Below are positions 19,613 through 24,078 of a stretch of DNA of 24,078 nucleotides, one piece after another. The position numbers and the translations under genes are program-made. The DNA comes from Candidatus Hydrothermales bacterium (GTDB lineage Bacteria; Hydrothermota; Hydrothermia; Hydrothermales; JAJRUZ01). The stretch lies in NCBI GenBank assembly GCA_039630575.1, contig JBCNUW010000025.1, positions 1-24,078 of the forward strand, read 5' to 3'. The notes under the pieces are model-generated. The model searched no databases and was not told the DNA's origin. It saw only the letters and a program-made list of their open reading frames with translations. Positions within the stretch are counted from its first letter, which is position 1. Each line of letters opens with the position of its first letter.

Positions 19613-20958
19613 AAGTAATTTTTAAAAGTAAAATGTACCTTTGCGGTCTGTATTTTTTCCCTGTGAGGTAAGGCAAAAGAAATTTTAACCTCATTATTTA
19701 AGGTATATAACAAAAAACCCAAACCATAAGACATTTTCCTTAGATTTTGGTTAGAAATTAATTTAATTATTGAGTAATCGGAAAAAATAAAAAGGGAAAA
19801 ATTTTTAAACTTTATGTAATTCTCTAAAATAAATGTAGAAAAAAAATCTGCTACAAATTCTTCTTCTTTAAAACCTCTTGGATACTTGGATCCTCCAAGA
19901 AAAAAATATTCCGAAAAAAGAGTATCCTTTAAATCGATAAAGCCCTGTAAAATTTCAAGAGATGGGTAAAAATTTTTTATTAAATTTCTCATAACAAAAA
20001 AATTTAATGTAGCTTTATGAGAAACTTTTTTCCCTTTTAAAATTATACCTTTTATTGAAAAAAACAGAAGATTTGAAGGAGAAAAACTCTTTTTTCCAAA
20101 AGAAATTTCTGAACCACTTGAGTTAATAAATTTTGAGGATTTTAAAAAAGGCATTTCTTCAAAATAATTATAAATAAAAGAAAAAATTCCTTTATCGAAA
20201 TAATAACTAATAGTAAAACCAACATTTTCCTTAATGTAAAGCGATTCTCTTTGAAAAATACTGTAGAAAGGTGAAAAGGATATATCAAAAGAACCTATAA
20301 ATGGTTCACCATATTTTAATTCCAAATTTGACCTACCCTCTGCAAACCTTTCCCAATTTAGTAAGAATTGCCTTAAGTCCCCGAAGATATTACTTATATT
20401 AAGCTCTAATTTTCCGGTAAACTTTTTAATTTTATTATCATAAAGAGTAAAAAATTCAAAACTATTTGAGGGTTTTTCTATAACATCAATATAAAGGTAA
20501 TTAAAAGTTCCACTTTTTCTTAATTCAAATCCCTTGATTCTGATAAAACCGAATCTCTGAATTTTTTCTTTGCTCCTCTCAAATTCCTCTATCTTAAAGG
20601 GTTTATTTTTAAAATTAAAAAATCTTTTAAAAATACTTTTTTTAGTTTTAACATTCTTGTCAATTATAATGTCATCAACAATAAAGAGATTAAGTTCAGA
20701 TACTTTTATAATTATCTTTAAGCCATTTTCTTTTTCTTCAAAACCTAAGAATTTAATTCTTGCAGTAGGGTATCCTTCTTTTAAAAAAAATGTTGAAAGT
20801 TCTTGTGTCAGTTTATCAAGATTAGATTTAGAAGACTCTTTTTCTTTATACTTTTTAAGGATTAAAATTATTTTCTTTTCAAGTTCGGGTGTTAACCCCT
20901 TTACCTCTATTTCTCTTATAGGTAATGAAAATATTAAATAAACAAAAAAGGTTTCCAA
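19609..20958 (-). CDS. Omp85 (BamA/TamA-like) outer-membrane protein with POTRA-like domains
   Basis: IREIEVKG..KEGYPTARI (POTRA-like), SNIFGDLRQF, LKYGEPFI, FFLGGSKYPRGFKEEEF (VRGF-like motif), MSYGLGF and terminal Phe. TTG start overlaps the end of the HNH gene. Confidence 0.8.
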   Translation of the reverse strand: METFFVYLIFSLPIREIEVKGLTPELEKKIILILKKYKEKESSKSNLDKLTQELSTFFLKEGYPTARIKFLGFEEKENGLKIIIKVSELNLFIVDDIIIDKNVKTKKSIFKRFFNFKNKPFKIEEFERSKEKIQRFGFIRIKGFELRKSGTFNYLYIDVIEKPSNSFEFFTLYDNKIKKFTGKLELNISNIFGDLRQFLLNWERFAEGRSNLELKYGEPFIGSFDISFSPFYSIFQRESLYIKENVGFTISYYFDKGIFSFIYNYFEEMPFLKSSKFINSSGSEISFGKKSFSPSNLLFFSIKGIILKGKKVSHKATLNFFVMRNLIKNFYPSLEILQGFIDLKDTLFSEYFFLGGSKYPRGFKEEEFVADFFSTFILENYIKFKNFSLFIFSDYSIIKLISNQNLRKMSYGLGFLLYTLNNEVKISFALPHREKIQTAKVHFTFKNYF

Positions 20959-21473
20959 TTCTCATCAGGAATTTCTTCTTCTGAGAAAAGAATGTGAAAA
21001 TAGTTCGGCTTTTTAGGCTTTTTAATAAGTTTCATTCCAGCCTCTTTTGGTGTTCTATTGGCTTTTTTCATGTTACAATCTTTACAGCAGGTAACAAGGT
21101 TCTCCCATGTATCTTTTCCACCTTTGTCTTTAGGAATTACGTGATCAATTGTCATATCATTTGATTTTTTTCCACAGTATTGACATGTAGATTTGTCTCT
21201 TTTTATTATGTTTCTTTTATTAATAGGAACTTCTTTGGGTCTATAATTAACGTACCTTTTAATTCTTATTACAGATGGAACATTAATTTCAAGGTAGCAA
21301 GACCTGATTTTTTTACCATCTCTATTTACAACACTTTCAGCTTTGTTTAAAATTAGTAAGATAATAGCTCTTTTAACAGAACATAAAGATAAGGGTTCAT
21401 AATTTTGATTAAGAACAAGAACTTTCCCGTTAAGAACCTTTTTTGTTTTACTCGATAATAACGGGAAGGCGTT
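20934..21473 (-). CDS. HNH endonuclease (McrA/HNH_5-like); open frame extends far upstream of the first ATG, true start unresolved
   Basis: Frame open from 21473: ..KVLNGKVLVLNQNYEPLSLCSVKRAIIL..VPSVIRIKRYV..RNIIKRDKSTCQYCG..MTIDHVIPKDKGGKDTWENLVTCCKDCNMKKANRTP. The track ORF (73 aa) starts after the first CxxC. Confidence 0.85.
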   Translation of the reverse strand, partial: NAFPLLSSKTKKVLNGKVLVLNQNYEPLSLCSVKRAIILLILNKAESVVNRDGKKIRSCYLEINVPSVIRIKRYVNYRPKEVPINKRNIIKRDKSTCQYCGKKSNDMTIDHVIPKDKGGKDTWENLVTCCKDCNMKKANRTPKEAGMKLIKKPKKPNYFHILFSEEEIPDENWKPFLFI

Positions 21474-21813
21474 TTACCTCCACTTTATAATTTATTGGTT
21501 TTATAAGGTTATCTCCAAACCATTTAAAGGTATCTGATAATTGAGCTTTAATTACAATATTTTCTTTTTCATAGTAGACAGAAACATCCTGAGGGGAGAA
21601 GTAAAATCCAGAGTCATTCAATTCTTTAATTACAGAGGCTCTTACTTCTTCTAAACTTTTCTGCATTTTTGAAAATTTTGCTATTTGGTTTAATTTTTCT
21701 TTAAGAGATAAGAATTTCATATATGAAAGGAAAGGTTTATAACCCATATAGATGATTAAAGCAAGCAAGATCGTTAAAATTATAAAAGATTTGAAAATTC
21801 CACCTTTTTTCAT
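21448..21813 (-). CDS. Small single-TM membrane protein (DUF4845-like, pilin-like N-terminus)
   Basis: MKKGG followed by a hydrophobic helix and an alpha/beta domain; ATGA overlap with the TPR gene and a GGAG SD. Family call is tentative. Confidence 0.7.
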   Translation of the reverse strand: MKKGGIFKSFIILTILLALIIYMGYKPFLSYMKFLSLKEKLNQIAKFSKMQKSLEEVRASVIKELNDSGFYFSPQDVSVYYEKENIVIKAQLSDTFKWFGDNLIKPINYKVEVKRLPVIIE

Positions 21814-22973
21814 TCCTCACCAATTCCAAGTTTTATCCTTTTTGCTCTTTCCCATTTTTTATTTGAATAATCAATCATTTTAATTGAGTATTCTCTGTAG
21901 GGTGTATCTCCAAGAGAGTAAATTTTTGAATACCAGCCTTTTGCCTTTTCCCACATACTGAGAGTGTTATCCCAATCTTTTTTTTCTTCACTGATCAAAG
22001 CAAGACCCTTGTAACATTCAGCTAAAACATAATAAATTGCCGAGAGAATTTCCTCAGACTTTGGATTTAATTCAAGAGCCTTTTTACATTCATTTATGGA
22101 TTTATTGTATTCTTTCAAGTCCAAATATAAAAAAGCTCTTCTAACGAAAACACCCACACTTTTTGGATTCAACTTTTCAGCCTGTTCATAATCGGAAAGA
22201 GCTTTTTTTACCTCATTTATTGAAGCATAGGCTGATCCTCTCATAAGGTAATAGATATATTCGTTGGGTTTATTTTTTATTAGTTCGCTTGCAATCTCAA
22301 TAGCCTTTTTAGGATCACCCATTTGAATATAAACTTTAAAGGCACTTTCCATAACTGTTTCATCATGGGACATTTTTTCAATTGCTCTACTTGCATAGGG
22401 AATAGCTTCGTTGAATCTTTTTTCTTCAACAAGAAAATTTAAGTATCTTTTAAGGGCATCAGGGTTTTCTGGGTTTAAAGCAAGTGCCTTTTTATAATAA
22501 TAATCTGCACTATCCTTGTTTAATTTTTCAAAAAAGCGTGCAATCACAATTAAGACATTTATCTCAGTTTTATCAATCTCATAACTTTTTTTATAGAAAC
22601 TTATTGCCTTTTCATAATCTCTTAAGAAAAAACCATGAAGAAATCCTAAGCCTTGATACCCTCTTTTATCATTTGGTGCAAGTTTTATTAATTCACTGAA
22701 ATTTTCTCTTGCCCTTTTTGTATCGTTAATAGAAATGTAAGCGTTTCCAAGGGCTACATAGACATCTAAAAAATAAGGATTAAGGGCTTTAGCATCGTTA
22801 AGAAGCGGTATAGCTTCGTTATATCTTTGTTGATTTAAGTAGACACTTGCTCTTATAAATAGGTGTTTTGCCTTTTCTTTATCTTCTTCCTTAATCTTCT
22901 CTTCTTTTTTTTTATCAACCATTGTGCAAAAAAATATAGGTAATAGTAAAAAAAGTTTCATAAATAATTTCAT
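21810..22973 (-). CDS. TPR-repeat protein, probable lipoprotein
   Basis: MKLFMKLFLLLPIFFC signal ending in Cys; multiple TPR motifs (YVALGNAY, A..LNP, YLMRGSAY, KALELNP). Confidence 0.88.
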   Translation of the reverse strand: MKLFMKLFLLLPIFFCTMVDKKKEEKIKEEDKEKAKHLFIRASVYLNQQRYNEAIPLLNDAKALNPYFLDVYVALGNAYISINDTKRARENFSELIKLAPNDKRGYQGLGFLHGFFLRDYEKAISFYKKSYEIDKTEINVLIVIARFFEKLNKDSADYYYKKALALNPENPDALKRYLNFLVEEKRFNEAIPYASRAIEKMSHDETVMESAFKVYIQMGDPKKAIEIASELIKNKPNEYIYYLMRGSAYASINEVKKALSDYEQAEKLNPKSVGVFVRRAFLYLDLKEYNKSINECKKALELNPKSEEILSAIYYVLAECYKGLALISEEKKDWDNTLSMWEKAKGWYSKIYSLGDTPYREYSIKMIDYSNKKWERAKRIKLGIGEE

Positions 22974-22982
22974 ATTAAAAGA

Positions 22983-23055
22983 TGGAGCCGGTGGGATTCG
23001 AACCCACGACCTGCAGACTGCCAGCCTGCCGCTCTCCCAACTGAGCTACGGCCCC
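22983..23055 (-). tRNA. tRNA-Ala (anticodon GGC), CCA not encoded
   Basis: GGGGCCGTAGCTCAGTTGGGAGAGCGGCAGGCTGGCAGTCTGCAGGTCGTGGGTTCGAATCCCACCGGCTCCA: acceptor stem with G3:U70, anticodon loop CT-GGC-AG, T-loop TTCGAAT. Confidence 0.97.
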
Positions 23056-23102
23056 ACGTTTAGTAAACTTAAATTTGTCCATTTTTTAAAATTTTATAAA
23101 AT

Positions 23103-23132
23103 ATAATAAAATATATTTGTTTTTAATTTCAA
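23103..23132 (-). promoter_or_regulatory. Putative promoter for the tRNA-Ala cluster
   Basis: Minus strand TTGAAA (23132-23127), 18 bp, TATTAT (23108-23103). AT-rich context weakens specificity. Confidence 0.4.
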
Positions 23133-23248
23133 GTATCATTTAACCCAAAAACCCTTTAGGAATTTAAAAAATATAGAAAATAAAGAAATTTGAGGAGGAT
23201 TTTATCATATTATGTGTATTTTATAACAAAGTTTTTTGCCTCCAATAG

Positions 23249-23689
23249 TTAATCTTCAAGTTTAATTCCTAATTTTTGAATAAACTCTTTTGTCGCTTTA
23301 AAATCTGAATTTATAATATCTTTTCTTCTTTTTAACCCTCTATAATAACCTCCAATATAAATTTCATCATATAAATTTTCAAACTGTTTCTTTAATTTTA
23401 CATCTTTATGAAGTAAGTATCTATTTATATAATATCCATATTCATCACTACTTTCAGGTAAATCTTTCTTTGTTATCTTTCCAGTATCCAATAAAGCATA
23501 ATCAAGTGCTTTTAAAATTGCAAGCCATAAAGCCCCATAAGCCTCTTTTACATATTCTTCATCTTCATAAAGATTTAACTCTTCATCAATCTGAGATTTC
23601 TTTAAGGTCTCATTTACTTTTTTATAACATCTCGAAGCTTCTTTTTTTAAATTTTCGAGTTCTTCTAAATTTATTTTAAACTCCCTCAT
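23249..23689 (-). CDS. DUF5618-like (HEPN/PaREP1-like helical) protein, copy 1
   Basis: KEASRC..ETLKKSQI..YEDEEYVKEAYGALWLAILKALD..KKDLPES..FENLYDEIYIGGYYRG..KEFIQKL matches my recollection of DUF5618 proteins. Confidence 0.75.
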   Translation of the reverse strand: MREFKINLEELENLKKEASRCYKKVNETLKKSQIDEELNLYEDEEYVKEAYGALWLAILKALDYALLDTGKITKKDLPESSDEYGYYINRYLLHKDVKLKKQFENLYDEIYIGGYYRGLKRRKDIINSDFKATKEFIQKLGIKLED

Positions 23690-23806
23690 ATCTTTATTAT
23701 ACGCTTATATTTGAGGTTTTCTTGCAAATCTTTTAACTATCATTCTTTTATTCCACTTACATATTTAAGATTTTAAACTTGTTAAATTTTTCATCCGGTA
23801 AAGGAT

Positions 23807-24078
23807 TTAATCCTCTATTTTAACTCCTAATTTCTGAAAGAATTCTTTTACATTTTCAAAATCTAAATTTATATAATCTTTATTTTTTCTTAATCTCCAA
23901 TGATAGCCTGCAAGATAAATCGTATTATACAACATTTTGAATCTTTTCCCTAATTTTTCATCTTTGTGAAGTAAATATTTATTTATATATTCTCCATATT
24001 GATCACTACTTTCAGGTAAATCTTTCTTTGTTATCTTTCCAGTATCCAATAAAGCATAATCAAGTGCTTTTAAAATTG
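23807..24078 (-). CDS. DUF5618-like protein, copy 2 (5' end beyond the window)
   Basis: Colinear with copy 1 at an offset of 558 bp and open to the window edge (..ILKALDYALLDTGKITKKDLPESSD..). The track start at 24049 is an internal TTG. Confidence 0.8.
   Translation of the reverse strand, partial: ILKALDYALLDTGKITKKDLPESSDQYGEYINKYLLHKDEKLGKRFKMLYNTIYLAGYHWRLRKNKDYINLDFENVKEFFQKLGVKIED

Noticed and set aside
20934..21473. HNH gene as a Cas9/IscB-like or CRISPR-linked effector
   Set aside because: Small stand-alone McrA-like HNH with no RuvC motifs, 21 kb from the array, in an envelope operon.
22983..23055. tRNA-Ala as an integration site (att duplication)
   Set aside because: No duplicate of the tRNA 3' end and no integrase in the window.
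14143..23679. Plus-strand ORFs 14143..14394, 20570..20941, 22484..22699, 22924..23106 and 23470..23679
   Set aside because: Antisense to supported genes or to the tRNA.
23249..24078. Diversity-generating retroelement template/variable repeat pair
   Set aside because: Differences are not adenine-specific (G/C, T/G and C/T changes occur), both copies are coding, and no reverse transcriptase is present.

Overview
Very AT-rich bacterial window. It opens inside a CRISPR repeat and ends inside a duplicated gene, so it may be a whole contig broken at repeats. In order it contains: the trailer end of a CRISPR array (29-bp repeat, two spacers, no cas genes); rmuC; a ~4.5-kb decay zone (IS481-family remnant, two pseudogenes, and an IS1634-family remnant with recognisable inverted repeats just upstream of copA); tandem P1B ATPases (CopA-type and CadA/ZntA-type); a hypothetical gene and tpx; a minus-strand pair encoding a 1704-aa T9SS-type cargo protein and a PorV-like barrel with a long helical extension; a roadblock/LC7 gene; a minus-strand cluster tRNA-Ala(GGC), TPR protein, small membrane protein, HNH nuclease, Omp85-family protein; and two tandem DUF5618-like paralogs. 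T9SS-like parts alongside canonical TTGACA/TATAAT promoters, Shine-Dalgarno sites and K/E-rich proteins suggest a thermophilic FCB-related non-Bacteroidota lineage such as WOR-3 (inference only). The best leads are ultra-short (~11 aa) export signals on outer-membrane proteins, the cargo/PorV-TPR pair, an HNH gene with no canonical start codon, and mosaic DUF5618-like paralogs. Family calls come from motif recognition by eye; no searches were run.
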